Origin: Thermodesulfobacteriota bacterium
GTDB lineage: Bacteria; Desulfobacterota_D; UBA1144
Length of the DNA stretch: 64,000 nt
Assembly: GCA_030835345.1 (NCBI GenBank)
Contig: JAURPH010000003.1
Coordinates: 34,124 to 98,123 of the forward strand
Direction of reading: 5' to 3'
Positions 30,624 to 40,623 of this stretch are shown piece after piece. A program made the translations under genes and the position numbers. The notes under the pieces were generated by a model, which was not told where the DNA came from, made no database searches, and saw only the letters and a list, made by a program, of their open reading frames with translations. How positions within the stretch are numbered: the stretch's first letter is position 1; every line of letters starts with the position of its first letter.

Positions 30624-32132
30624 TTAATTTTTTACAAGTTTATTAGCTTTTACTATATTAAAGTTAATTTTTTGCCCTTTTGCTATATCTAGTTGATTAA
30701 GCTCTATACCAAAAAATGTCCTCTCAGATCTTGGGTTAAGCCTGTTTATAGGGAATCTAATAGACTTCCCGTCTGCAGTGGATACTTCTAATATCACATC
30801 AAAAATTTCATAATTTGCAAGATTTAATAATTTGATCGAAGCATTAGAGTTTGTATATGAAGAGCTAACTATAATTATATTTTCAGTAATTTCTGTTGTA
30901 GTTAATTCCTGAAAAGATCCATTTAATTTAGAGTCTACTGAATTCGTTTTCAATTCACTGCTTGGTTCAATATTCGATTGCTTAACAACCTTATTAGAAC
31001 TATCTTTTGATAACTTCTCCTTATCTAAACTCGAGTCTCCCTTAATAATGGCAATTTCAATCGATGAAAACTTAAAATCCATTAAACCAACTGAAAGTTG
31101 TGCATCTTGAGTTGATTTTGCAAAGAATATCTCTTTTTTTGATTTTGCTCTTCTTTTATTTATTGTAGAGCCATTTGAATTCAAAAAATAAACTTCAAAA
31201 ACCACATTTGAGTAATCAAAATAACTTTCATTTGAGATTTCAATATTCAAAATCCCCATTGTATTCGAAGCGTTAGAAATCCATTTATAATTTTTAATGT
31301 TTAAATCAGATAAAATTATCGGAATTGCATTAAAGCTATCACCTTGTAATTGTGAAACTTTATTTATCCCACCTAATTCAACATATGCTTTTGCGGATAT
31401 TAACTCCGCATCGTTTACTTTTATGTTTATTTTGTATGAATTATTTGATAAGGATGTACCGATAACAAAATTTTCTATACTTACCGTTTCGCCTGGTGAA
31501 ATTGGATTGCTATTAAGATAAATAGTTTCGCCAACAGGCTTATTTTTTGAATCAAGGAAAACAATTTTAAACTCCACATTATTATAATAATTTTCAGAAA
31601 TATTTTTATACTCCAACAACTTAAGTTGTACAGTCTTTGATGCGGAAGAATCAATTATGTAATCAAAATTTTCTATAATTATATTTTTTGTTGGGTTAAA
31701 ATCTCTATTGTTTTCATAACTAAACTGTGCACTCTTTATGCCCATTCTGGTTTTTGCCACATTAAAAGGAAGTATTGAGGGGGTGGTAATACTCTCTAAT
31801 CTTACCAACTCGCCAGGTGGTATTACCTTTCCTTGAAGAAAAATAGGAAAAGTATATAAAGTCCCACTTGAATTATAAACCTGAACTTCTAGAACTAAAT
31901 CTTTAAACCCAATACTAGAATTATTTTGTATCTCAATCACGTCAAACATAGGTTGAGAATTCATCGACTTGTTTGTCCATACATAATTAGTTATTTCTAA
32001 TTTTGATAGATTCTTATTAACTAGGTCATCAATTTTAGTATTAGCATAAGATTCGTGACAGCCCAGATGCAAAGCAATTAATGCCATAAAAATGAGGCTT
32101 AAAAGAGTTTTAAAAGATTTTATTAAATACAT
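30624..32132 (-). CDS. Predicted lipoprotein made of four tandem, divergent roughly 100-aa Ig-like β-sandwich repeats
   Basis: 502 aa. The signal peptide has a lipobox-like LHLGC. Each repeat has the pattern NY.W...(V/I).(F/L)EV...N..G......I.PGE.V. Confidence 0.55.
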   Translation of the reverse strand: MYLIKSFKTLLSLIFMALIALHLGCHESYANTKIDDLVNKNLSKLEITNYVWTNKSMNSQPMFDVIEIQNNSSIGFKDLVLEVQVYNSSGTLYTFPIFLQGKVIPPGELVRLESITTPSILPFNVAKTRMGIKSAQFSYENNRDFNPTKNIIIENFDYIIDSSASKTVQLKLLEYKNISENYYNNVEFKIVFLDSKNKPVGETIYLNSNPISPGETVSIENFVIGTSLSNNSYKINIKVNDAELISAKAYVELGGINKVSQLQGDSFNAIPIILSDLNIKNYKWISNASNTMGILNIEISNESYFDYSNVVFEVYFLNSNGSTINKRRAKSKKEIFFAKSTQDAQLSVGLMDFKFSSIEIAIIKGDSSLDKEKLSKDSSNKVVKQSNIEPSSELKTNSVDSKLNGSFQELTTTEITENIIIVSSSYTNSNASIKLLNLANYEIFDVILEVSTADGKSIRFPINRLNPRSERTFFGIELNQLDIAKGQKINFNIVKANKLVKN

Positions 32133-32193
32133 ATATTTTGTTAGACAATAATATCAGATAAACTTGAATATGTAATTAAAAAGGTAGGTTAAA

Positions 32194-32487
32194 ATGCCAA
32201 GATATATTTTATTGTCAACTCTAACAACCGAGGGAAGAAAAACTCTTAAAGAAAAACCTTATAGAATTAGAGAGGTTGATGAAGAAATTGAAAAAATGGG
32301 GATTAAAATTTTGAAGCAATATGCCACTCTTGGTCCTTTTGATTTTGTTAATATTGTTGAAGCTCCTAACAATGATGCGATAAGTAAGCTTTCAATAGAA
32401 TTAACATCTAGAGGAACAATTCAGATCACTACTCTACCTGCTATTGATATTGATTCATTCGTAAAATGCTTGAAAGATAATGATTAA
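32194..32487 (+). CDS. GYD-domain protein
   Basis: 97 aa. MPRYILLSTLTTEGRKTLKE...YATLGPFDFVNIVEAPN matches the GYD family consensus. Confidence 0.75.
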   Translation: MPRYILLSTLTTEGRKTLKEKPYRIREVDEEIEKMGIKILKQYATLGPFDFVNIVEAPNNDAISKLSIELTSRGTIQITTLPAIDIDSFVKCLKDND

Positions 32488-32652
32488 AACTCTTAAAAGA
32501 CTTTTAAATAATGTTAAGGAACAGTCCTTAAATGTGCCAGGCTATAAGGCAAAAAAAATATTAAAGTTTTATATTTATATTGGATATATTGCAATTTTTG
32601 GACCTTTATTATATTTACTTATAATTTTTATCCTTAATTCTTTGAGTGAATA

Positions 32653-33264
32653 ATGAACATTAACTTTGATTTCACTAATAAAAAAATCCTAATTGTTGGT
32701 GCTGGAAAAGTGGCTCTTAGGAGATTGCAAAAAATTGTTAATCAAAAAATAGAATGCAAAGTTAAAATAATATCGCCTGTAACTTTACCTAAAATAGACT
32801 TAATAGCAGCTAATAATAAGAATATTTCTGTCTTTAAAAGAAAGTATAAAAAAAATGATATCAAAAATCAGAATATAGTACTCGCATGTACAAATGAATT
32901 AGAAATTAATAAAAAAATTTCTCATGATGCAATCAAATCAAACCTATTGGTTAATAACGCATCAGATAAAGAATTAAGCAACTTTTTCTTTACATCAAAT
33001 ATAAAGTTAGATAAAAACATAAACATAAATATAAACACTAATGGTTCCAACCCGCTTTTATCTAAAGTTATAAGACTAATTATTGAAGAATCATTGAAGA
33101 ATGTAATTTGTGATTTAAATAAAAAATTTTTTTCAAATAACCGAATCGCATCCTCAGAGGTTAAAGATTTAAAACATCAACTATCAAAGTCAGATATACT
33201 AAAAAAAATCAGTAAAATAGACGATAAAGCTTATAAAAAAATTATTAGACAAATTAAGGAGTAA
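32653..33264 (+). CDS. Precorrin-2 dehydrogenase/sirohydrochlorin ferrochelatase-like (CysG N-terminal/SirC/Met8 domain only)
   Basis: 203 aa. KILIVGAGKVALRR is the Rossmann motif. Aligns along its length to the CysG N-domain. No methyltransferase domain in the window. Confidence 0.7.
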   Translation: MNINFDFTNKKILIVGAGKVALRRLQKIVNQKIECKVKIISPVTLPKIDLIAANNKNISVFKRKYKKNDIKNQNIVLACTNELEINKKISHDAIKSNLLVNNASDKELSNFFFTSNIKLDKNINININTNGSNPLLSKVIRLIIEESLKNVICDLNKKFFSNNRIASSEVKDLKHQLSKSDILKKISKIDDKAYKKIIRQIKE

Positions 33265-33269
33265 TTTTG

Positions 33270-33842
33270 ATGGGTGTAGTAGAGACAAGTAAGTTCTACA
33301 AAGGATTAAAGATTATTTTTGAAGATGAATTATGGGAAATTGTAGAATTTCAGCATAGAGTTATGCAACAAAGAAGCCCGGTAGTGAAAACTAAGTTAAA
33401 AAATATTGTTAATGGGCTGGTTCAAGAAAAGAGCTTTAGAAGTGGCGATTCATTTAGTCTCCCTGACCTGACAAGAAAAGAAGCTCAAATTCTTTTTAGT
33501 GATGATACATCTATGACATTTATGGATTTAGAATCATTTGAGCAATACCAAATTAGCAATGATCAAATCGGTGATAAAAAGCAATATATGAAAGAGGAGC
33601 ATAATGTATTACTTTTAAACTACAATGGTTCTCCAATAGATATAGAGTTGCCAACACATGTTGAACTTGAGATTAAAAACACGGAACCAGGTCTCAAAGG
33701 TGATAGTGTCACTGGGGGAAATAAGCCCGCAACCTTAGAAACAGGTGCACATATTTCGGTTCCCCTATTTATTAATATTGGAGACATTATAAAAGTTGAT
33801 ACTAGGGATGGAAAATATTTAGAGAGAACTAAAAAGGCTTAA
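33270..33842 (+). CDS. efp: Elongation factor P
   Basis: 191 aa, colinear with E. coli EF-P. C-terminal GGNKPATLETGAHISVPLFINIGDIIKVDTRDGKYLERTK. The loop region reads HRVMQQRSPVV instead of KPGKGQAF. Confidence 0.93.
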   Translation: MGVVETSKFYKGLKIIFEDELWEIVEFQHRVMQQRSPVVKTKLKNIVNGLVQEKSFRSGDSFSLPDLTRKEAQILFSDDTSMTFMDLESFEQYQISNDQIGDKKQYMKEEHNVLLLNYNGSPIDIELPTHVELEIKNTEPGLKGDSVTGGNKPATLETGAHISVPLFINIGDIIKVDTRDGKYLERTKKA

Positions 33843-34134
33843 GTGATTTAAAATTTTTTTTAAATTTATCACATTGAATTGGTTTCATTTTACCATCCAC
33901 AAATGATTTTTTACCTGCATCAATCATTTCATCTATCATTTTAATTTGGAAATCAGATATTACTTTTTCAACACTACCTGATACTTTTGTAAAATTTTTA
34001 ATCCATACACTGCTATTTGTATACCTATATTCATTTGTTAAGTGCGAATAAAAAAACAAATGAGTATTTTTGAAAATTAAAATTTCTATAATAGAATCTG
34101 CCTTCTTTGAAAAAATCTTTTTATATTTCAACAT
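33829..34134 (-). CDS. Hypothetical protein (orphan minus-strand ORF between efp and prs)
   Basis: 101 aa, no motif. If spurious it leaves a 335-nt gap. Confidence 0.3.
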   Translation of the reverse strand: MLKYKKIFSKKADSIIEILIFKNTHLFFYSHLTNEYRYTNSSVWIKNFTKVSGSVEKVISDFQIKMIDEMIDAGKKSFVDGKMKPIQCDKFKKNFKSLKPF

Positions 34135-34177
34135 TGATTAAATTTACATTGAGTCTTTATTATTTTACAATTTTATT

Positions 34178-35122
34178 GTGGGAAATATTAAAATTTTTTC
34201 TGGAACATCAAACGAACAATTGGCTAAATCAATTTGTCAAAAACTGAAGCTTAAGCAGGGTGCTTTGGATATTAAAAGATTTAGTGATGAAGAAATATTT
34301 GTCGAAGTAAATGAAAGTGTTCGTGGTGCAGATTGTTATGTTATTCAATCCACAAATAATCCAGTGCATGAAAACTTCATGGAACTGTTAATTATCATAG
34401 ATGCTCTAAAAAGAGCTGCAGCAAAAAAAGTTGTTGCTGTCATACCTTATTTTGGTTATGCACGGCAAGATAGAAAAGTAAGCGACAGATCACCTATTAC
34501 TGCCCGCCTGATATGTGACTTATTGGTAAAGTCTGGAATTGAAGAAGTAATACTAATGGATATTCATGCTGGTCAAATTCAGGGCTTCTTTGATGTGCCA
34601 GTTGACCATCTTTATGCATTCCCTATTGCTAGAGATTATTTTATTAAAAAATACAGTAAAAAAGACCTTATTATCGCATCACCAGATGCTGGTGGTATGG
34701 AGAGAGCTCGTGCATTTGCAAAAAGATCTAATATTGTTGATTTAGCTATGACCGACAAAAGAAGGCCTGCTCCTAATGTTGCAGAGATAACTAATGTTAT
34801 TGGGAATGTGAAAGGAAAATATGTTCTTCTCATTGATGATATTATAGATACTGGTGGAACTGCGGCAAAATCAGCAGATGCTCTTATTCAAGCAGGTGCA
34901 AAAGGAGTTTCCATGTTTTGTACCCATGGAGTTTTGTCAGGGAATGCCATTGAAAATATTCAGAATTCAAGTATTGATGAACTTATAATTACAGATACAA
35001 TAAATAACCAAGCTAAATTAAAGAAAATAAAGAAAATTAGGGTTTTAAGTGTTGCTGACTTATTTGCGAAAGCTTTGAGAAGAATTATTAATAAAAAATC
35101 CATAAGTAACTTATTTTCTTAG
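34178..35122 (+). CDS. prs: Ribose-phosphate pyrophosphokinase
   Basis: 314 aa. The PRPP-binding loop is DDIIDTGGT. Confidence 0.96.
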   Translation: MGNIKIFSGTSNEQLAKSICQKLKLKQGALDIKRFSDEEIFVEVNESVRGADCYVIQSTNNPVHENFMELLIIIDALKRAAAKKVVAVIPYFGYARQDRKVSDRSPITARLICDLLVKSGIEEVILMDIHAGQIQGFFDVPVDHLYAFPIARDYFIKKYSKKDLIIASPDAGGMERARAFAKRSNIVDLAMTDKRRPAPNVAEITNVIGNVKGKYVLLIDDIIDTGGTAAKSADALIQAGAKGVSMFCTHGVLSGNAIENIQNSSIDELIITDTINNQAKLKKIKKIRVLSVADLFAKALRRIINKKSISNLFS

Positions 35123-35131
35123 GAGAATGAA

Positions 35132-35785
35132 ATGATTACAGTTGAATTAGAGGTTTTAAAAAGAGAATCTCTAGGAAAAGAAGCAAATAAAAAATATAGA
35201 GACCAAGGTTTGGTGCCTGCAGTAGTTTATGGTAAGAACAAAGAAAACCTTAATATTCTAGTTGACCCTAAAACATTAAAAAAAATACTCAGAAGAGACT
35301 CTGGTGAAAATACAATATTAGAAATTAGTGTCACAGAAAGCGATGTTAAGAAAAATGTTCTGCTTAAAGATGCTCATATTGATACATTAACTAGTAATCC
35401 CCTTCATTTGGATTTTTACGAAATTACTGAAGGAGAATTGGTCAAAGTACCTTGTCCTATAAATTTCGTTGGAAAACCTGAAGGTGTTAAAAGTGGTGGA
35501 GTAATACAGAAACTTTCTGAAGAGGTTAAACTTCAATGTCTTCCAGATAAAATCCCAAATAATATTGAAGTTGATATAAGTTCTTTAAATATTGGTGACA
35601 CACTAAGAATTGAGGATCTTGAAAAAATTGATGGAATTGATTTTCTTTCTAATCCAAAAAGTACACTTATAAGCATACTTGCACCAAGAGTTGTTGTTGA
35701 AACAACTGCGGAAGATGAAGAATCATCTGCCGAAGGTGAAAGCGATAATGCGGGAACAGGTGAAACTGAAAATAGTGAATCCTAA
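35132..35785 (+). CDS. rplY: 50S ribosomal protein L25/general stress protein Ctc
   Basis: 217 aa. L25 N-terminal domain, Ctc C-terminal domain, acidic tail. Confidence 0.9.
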   Translation: MITVELEVLKRESLGKEANKKYRDQGLVPAVVYGKNKENLNILVDPKTLKKILRRDSGENTILEISVTESDVKKNVLLKDAHIDTLTSNPLHLDFYEITEGELVKVPCPINFVGKPEGVKSGGVIQKLSEEVKLQCLPDKIPNNIEVDISSLNIGDTLRIEDLEKIDGIDFLSNPKSTLISILAPRVVVETTAEDEESSAEGESDNAGTGETENSES

Positions 35786-35791
35786 ATTAAA

Positions 35792-36370
35792 GTGGCAGAC
35801 TTATTTAATCAGTATTTAATTATTGGCCTTGGAAATCCTGGACAAAAGTACGAAGATACTAGGCATAACATAGGATTTAAACTCATAGAAACTCTTTTAG
35901 ATTCTGATGTAATGTCAAATAAATTTAAATCACTGTACTCTAAAATTGAAATTAAAAAAAACTCTATTCATATAATAAAGCCGCAAACATTTATGAACGA
36001 AAGCGGTGTTGCAGTTAATGAAATCACTAAATTTTTTAAAATTCAGCAAGAAAATATTATTGTTGTTTATGATGACCTAGACCTACCAATTGGGAATTTA
36101 AAGATAAAGGTAGGTGGAGGATCCGCTGGTCATAACGGTATAAAATCAATTGAAAAATATATTGAAACTAAAAAGATTATTAAGATAAGAGTAGGAATTG
36201 GAAAGCCGGTTAACAAAGGCCAAATTAACTCTCATGTATTATCAAAATTCACTCACAATGAGAATATATTGTTAAAACCTATATTGGAAAAATTTGAGCA
36301 AATAATAGAAGATATTATTTTAGAAGGTATTTCATTTGCAATGAATAAATTTAACAGTAAAATTCAATGA
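35792..36370 (+). CDS. pth: Peptidyl-tRNA hydrolase
   Basis: 192 aa. GLGNPG...TRHNIGF are Pth motifs. Confidence 0.93.
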   Translation: MADLFNQYLIIGLGNPGQKYEDTRHNIGFKLIETLLDSDVMSNKFKSLYSKIEIKKNSIHIIKPQTFMNESGVAVNEITKFFKIQQENIIVVYDDLDLPIGNLKIKVGGGSAGHNGIKSIEKYIETKKIIKIRVGIGKPVNKGQINSHVLSKFTHNENILLKPILEKFEQIIEDIILEGISFAMNKFNSKIQ

Positions 36371-36401
36371 ATATTAACTGAGACAAATCAAGGAGGAAAT
36401 C

Positions 36402-38447
36402 ATGGATTTATCTAATCAATTCGTTACTTATGGAGGAATAGTTCTAGCTGTACTAGGATTAATTTATGCACAAGTAACATATTGGAACATAAGGTCTCTA
36501 CCAAGAGGGAATGACACTCAAAAAAAACTTGGTGTGACTATTTATAATGGAGCTATGGCTTTTATAAAGCAGGAATACAAATATATTGTATTTTTTGTTG
36601 CTACTGTAGGGACATTATTGTTTTATTTTTTAGGAAAACAAACCGCTATATGCTATTTTGGTGGTGCTGCATTGTCTATGACATGCGGCTGGGCAGGTAT
36701 GACATCTGCTTGTATAGCAAATTCAAGAACTGCTGAGGCGGCAAACTCAGAAGGTCAAGGCTCTGCACTTGTAACTGCATTCAAGGGTGGAAGTGTAATG
36801 GGATTTTCTGTAGCTAGTCTTGGTATGCTAGGAATAAGTGTAGCTTTTTCAGTTTATTTCACACTTAATTTAGTTAATGATGCAAGTTTGATGAATTTTG
36901 CAACAGATATTGGAGGATTTGCAATGGGTGCAAGTTCTGTAGCATTGTTTGCCAGAGTAGGTGGTGGTATTTACACTAAAGCGGCAGATGTTGGTGCCGA
37001 TTTAGTTGGTAAAGTTGAAGCTGGTATCCCAGAAGATGACCCAAGAAATCCTGCAACAATTGCAGACAATGTAGGTGACAATGTAGGTGATGTAGCTGGT
37101 ATGGGTGCTGACCTGTTTGAATCATATGTTGGTGGAGTAATAGCAACAATAGTTATTGCATCTGGTTTTGCTGTATCTTCAGATCAAAAATTAGCATTTT
37201 ATGCTTTGCCAATAATTTTAATTATTGTTGGGACTGTTGCCTCTTTCATTGGTACAAAAGTTGTTGATATTCTTAAAAACTCAGAGCCGTCAGGTGTATT
37301 ACGAAAAGCATCGTTAACTGCAGGGATTTTATTTTTAATTTTTGGATATTTCTCCATTAATGCAGTTGGTACTAGTGTTGGAATAGATGGAAATACTCTT
37401 AATAGTATATTTGTTTGTACTATAATTGGTCTTTTCTCTGGTTCATTAATTGGTGGAGTAACAGAGTATTACACTTCAGGAGGACCAGTAAAAGAAATTG
37501 CGGATGCCTCTGATAGAGGTGGTGTTGCAACTAATATTATCAGTGGCTTATCTGTAGGTATGATGAGTACTGCTCTTCCAATCTTAATAATTGTTATTGC
37601 AATCTTTGCTTCTTTCACATCCTTCGGTCTCTATGGGATAGGGATTGCTGCTGTGAGCATGCTTTCAACGATTGGTATAACAATGTCTGTTGATGCATAT
37701 GGACCGATTGCTGATAATGCTGGTGGTATTGCAGAAATGGCTCACTTAGATCCAAAAGTCAGAGTTATTACAGATAAATTAGATTCTCTTGGAAACACTA
37801 CCGCTGCTATTGGTAAAGGTTTTGCAATTGGTTCTGCTGCTTTAACATCATTGGCACTTTTTGTTGCTTTTGCTGCTGCATCAAATATTGCTTCAGTTGA
37901 CTTATTAAATTATAAAGTTGTCTGTGGTCTTTTACTTGGTGGTATGGTCCCATATTTATTTGGTGCATTAACCATGGGAGCAGTCGGAAGATCTGCGGAA
38001 AAGATGGTTCAAGAAGTTAGAAGACAATTTAGAGAAATTAAAGGAATTATGGAAGGAACTGGGGAACCAGACTATGCATCTTGTATTCAAATTAGTACAG
38101 ATGCATCATTAAAAGAGATGGTATTACCTGGGCTCTTAGCTGTAATTTGTCCAATTATTGTTGGATTTTTACTAGGCTCAATTGGTCTCGCTGGGTTCTT
38201 AGCCGGTGCACTTATTTCAGGAATCACTTTGGCACTAATGATGTCAAACTCAGGTGGTGCTTGGGACAATGCAAAGAAATTCATCGAAGAAGGAAATGTA
38301 GGTGGTAAAGGCTCTGAAGCCCATAAAGCTGCTGTTGTAGGTGATACAATTGGAGATCCATTTAAAGATACATCTGGACCTGCAATGAATATCTTGATAA
38401 AACTTATGACAATTGTTTCATTGGTTGTGGCTCCTTTATTCTTATAA
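36402..38447 (+). CDS. hppA: Membrane-bound proton/cation-translocating pyrophosphatase
   Basis: 681 aa. [12 protein letters not shown] and GGxWDNAKK are H+-PPase signature motifs. Confidence 0.96.
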   Translation: MDLSNQFVTYGGIVLAVLGLIYAQVTYWNIRSLPRGNDTQKKLGVTIYNGAMAFIKQEYKYIVFFVATVGTLLFYFLGKQTAICYFGGAALSMTCGWAGMTSACIANSRTAEAANSEGQGSALVTAFKGGSVMGFSVASLGMLGISVAFSVYFTLNLVNDASLMNFATDIGGFAMGASSVALFARVGGGIYTKAADVGADLVGKVEAGIPEDDPRNPATIADNVGDNVGDVAGMGADLFESYVGGVIATIVIASGFAVSSDQKLAFYALPIILIIVGTVASFIGTKVVDILKNSEPSGVLRKASLTAGILFLIFGYFSINAVGTSVGIDGNTLNSIFVCTIIGLFSGSLIGGVTEYYTSGGPVKEIADASDRGGVATNIISGLSVGMMSTALPILIIVIAIFASFTSFGLYGIGIAAVSMLSTIGITMSVDAYGPIADNAGGIAEMAHLDPKVRVITDKLDSLGNTTAAIGKGFAIGSAALTSLALFVAFAAASNIASVDLLNYKVVCGLLLGGMVPYLFGALTMGAVGRSAEKMVQEVRRQFREIKGIMEGTGEPDYASCIQISTDASLKEMVLPGLLAVICPIIVGFLLGSIGLAGFLAGALISGITLALMMSNSGGAWDNAKKFIEEGNVGGKGSEAHKAAVVGDTIGDPFKDTSGPAMNILIKLMTIVSLVVAPLFL

Positions 38448-38448
38448 T

Positions 38449-39540
38449 ATGAGTTCACTTAGCTGCGGCATAGTTGGGCTGCCAAATGTTGGTAAATCAA
38501 CAATTTTTTCAGCTCTAACAAATGCTGCAGCTGAAAGTGGAAATTTCCCTTTTACTACAATTGAACCAAATGTCGCCGTAGTAAATGTTGAAGATAGTAG
38601 ATTAAAACAACTTCATACCCTATTAGAATCTAAAAGTATTGTTTTTACGAATTTAAAATTTGTTGATATTGCAGGTCTAGTCAAAGGTGCTAGTAAAGGT
38701 GAAGGATTAGGCAATAAATTTCTCGCGAATATAAGAGAGGTTGATGCCATTGCTCATGTATTGAGATGTTTCGATGATGATGTAACTCATGTATTTGATT
38801 CTGTAGACCCCATCAGGGACATGGATGTTATAAATCTAGAGCTAGCACTAAGTGATCTTCAAATACTGGAAAAACGACTAATAAAATTAGAAAAAGGTAA
38901 AAAAAGTGGCGATAAAGATGCGATAAGAGAGCACGAACTTGTTGGAAAAATTATAAATATTTTAAACAGCGGTAAAAAAATAAGTATAGAGGAAGAATTT
39001 GGTATTGATGATCTTAAAATGATTAAACAACTGAATCTAATTACACTGAAACCTACTACTTATATTCTTAATTATGGAAACAAACAGATTGATTCAGAAA
39101 AAATTAATAGTCTTAAAGAACAAATTAGCAAAAATCAAGATAGCTATGTAGAAATTAACGGATTACTTGAAAGCGAAGTAAAAGACTTTGATGAAGCAGA
39201 AAAGAAGGATTTTTTGCAGGAATTCGATATCATTGATACTGGTTTAAAGCTTCTAATAGATGAAGTTTATTCATTGTTAAATTTAATTACTTTCTACACA
39301 GCTGGGCCTCAAGAATGCAGAGCTTGGAGTATAAAAAAAGATTCAAAAGCTCCTGAGGCTGCAGGAAAAATTCATACAGATTTTCAAAAAGGATTTATCA
39401 GAGCAGAAATTATAGAATTTAAAAATTATATGGAATTTAAAAGTGAAGAAGAAGTAAAAAAGAATGGTTTAATGAGGTCGGAAGGTAAAGATTATATTGT
39501 TAAAGATGGAGATATAATTCACTTTAGGTATAATGTTTAA
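38449..39540 (+). CDS. ychF: Ribosome-binding ATPase YchF (Obg family)
   Basis: [12 protein letters not shown] is the G1 motif. C-terminal TGS domain. The likely start is ATG 38449, 1 nt after the hppA stop. Confidence 0.95.
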   Translation: MSSLSCGIVGLPNVGKSTIFSALTNAAAESGNFPFTTIEPNVAVVNVEDSRLKQLHTLLESKSIVFTNLKFVDIAGLVKGASKGEGLGNKFLANIREVDAIAHVLRCFDDDVTHVFDSVDPIRDMDVINLELALSDLQILEKRLIKLEKGKKSGDKDAIREHELVGKIINILNSGKKISIEEEFGIDDLKMIKQLNLITLKPTTYILNYGNKQIDSEKINSLKEQISKNQDSYVEINGLLESEVKDFDEAEKKDFLQEFDIIDTGLKLLIDEVYSLLNLITFYTAGPQECRAWSIKKDSKAPEAAGKIHTDFQKGFIRAEIIEFKNYMEFKSEEEVKKNGLMRSEGKDYIVKDGDIIHFRYNV

Positions 39541-39541
39541 A

Positions 39542-39580
39542 CCTGTTGCTAGTTTACTGGCCACAGACCATAACAGGAGG
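39542..39580 (+). promoter_or_regulatory. Hairpin that sequesters the rpsF Shine-Dalgarno. Candidate autoregulatory leader for rpsF-rpsR.
   Basis: CCTGTT(39542-47)...AACAGG(39572-77) inverted repeat with an internal TGGCCA palindrome. Its 3' arm overlaps AGGAGG (39575-80), 10 nt before ATG 39591. Confidence 0.3.
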
Positions 39581-39590
39581 TCATAATTTT

Positions 39591-39881
39591 ATGACAAATA
39601 ATTATGAAGTACTTTTCATAGTACCGCAAAGTATAGAACCAAATATATATTCTGAATTATCTGATAAGATATCTTCAACAATTAAAGAAAAATATAGTGG
39701 TGAAATCGCTAAATTTGAGAAGTGGGCTGATAGAAAACTGGCTTACACTATTGATGATCATACAAATGGAACCTACCATGTTTTAGAAACTAAGTGTTCG
39801 TCTGAGTGTATAACAGAGGTCGAAAAAATACTTAGTTTCGAAAAAACTATTGTACTGAGATTTTTGATAGACAAAAAATAG
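39591..39881 (+). CDS. rpsF: 30S ribosomal protein S6
   Basis: MTNNYEVLFIV...ADRKLAYTI...YHV is the S6 fold. The ORF track starts at 39546, but the start at 39591 carrying the SD is preferred. Confidence 0.88.
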   Translation: MTNNYEVLFIVPQSIEPNIYSELSDKISSTIKEKYSGEIAKFEKWADRKLAYTIDDHTNGTYHVLETKCSSECITEVEKILSFEKTIVLRFLIDKK

Positions 39882-39890
39882 GAGATTAAA

Positions 39891-40139
39891 ATGGCAGAAA
39901 GAAAAGAATATGATAAAAGAGGAAGGCAACCAAGAAAAAAACCATCTAAACTGTTAGAAGGAAATGTAGACATAAATTATAAAAATGTTGAACTTCTTTT
40001 GAATTTTATTACGGAAAGAAAAAAAATAGCACCTAGAAGAATGACAGGAAATAGTGCATCCCAACAAAGATTGATTTCAAAAGAAATAAAAAAAGCCAGG
40101 TACATGGCACTAATTCCTTATACTGTAAATCACAAATAA
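39891..40139 (+). CDS. rpsR: 30S ribosomal protein S18
   Basis: 82 aa. [24 protein letters not shown] is an S18 motif. Confidence 0.93.
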   Translation: MAERKEYDKRGRQPRKKPSKLLEGNVDINYKNVELLLNFITERKKIAPRRMTGNSASQQRLISKEIKKARYMALIPYTVNHK

Positions 40140-40142
40140 TTT

Positions 40143-40589
40143 ATGAAAGTTATTTTAAAGGAAAAAGTAAATAAGCTTGGTAACATCGGTGATATTGTAG
40201 AGGTTCCTGATGGCCAAGCTAGAAATCATTTAATACCCAAAAAACTCGCAGTTGAAGCTTCAGATAAAAATCTAAATGATTTAAAAGCTAAAAAGGAATC
40301 ACTATCAAGAAAAGAGGAAGAATTAGTAGGCCAGGCAAAAATTATTTCAAAAAAACTTGATGAGATTAAAATTAAAATCTATGCAAAAGAAAATAATGGA
40401 AAATTATTTGGTTCAATAACTTCGATGAATATTTCAGAGGAAATTGCGAGGAACAAAATAAACATAAATAAAAAAAACATTGAAATCAAAAATCAAATCA
40501 CAACAGTGGGCATCCATCCAATAAGGATTAAACTATATAAAAATATGTTTAAAGAATTATCAATAGAGGTTTTGTCTAAATCAAATTGA
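40143..40589 (+). CDS. rplI: 50S ribosomal protein L9
   Basis: 148 aa. MKVILKEKVNKLGNIGDIVEV is the L9 N-domain. Confidence 0.93.
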   Translation: MKVILKEKVNKLGNIGDIVEVPDGQARNHLIPKKLAVEASDKNLNDLKAKKESLSRKEEELVGQAKIISKKLDEIKIKIYAKENNGKLFGSITSMNISEEIARNKININKKNIEIKNQITTVGIHPIRIKLYKNMFKELSIEVLSKSN

Positions 40590-40623
40590 CACATGTGAGC
40601 AATATATAGTAACCTAACAACCA

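Noticed and set aside
32488-32652. 165-nt intergenic region after the GYD gene containing hairpin TTAAGGA-ACAG-TCCTTAA (32514-32531) and a short hydrophobic frame
   Set aside because: The hairpin lacks a U-tract, so it is a weak terminator at best. The hydrophobic peptide frame has no start codon. No ncRNA signature is recognisable.
37061-37100. Tandem 12-nt nucleotide repeat (aatgtaggtgac aatgtaggtgat)
   Set aside because: It encodes the conserved H+-PPase DNVGDNVGD motif and is not a repeat element.
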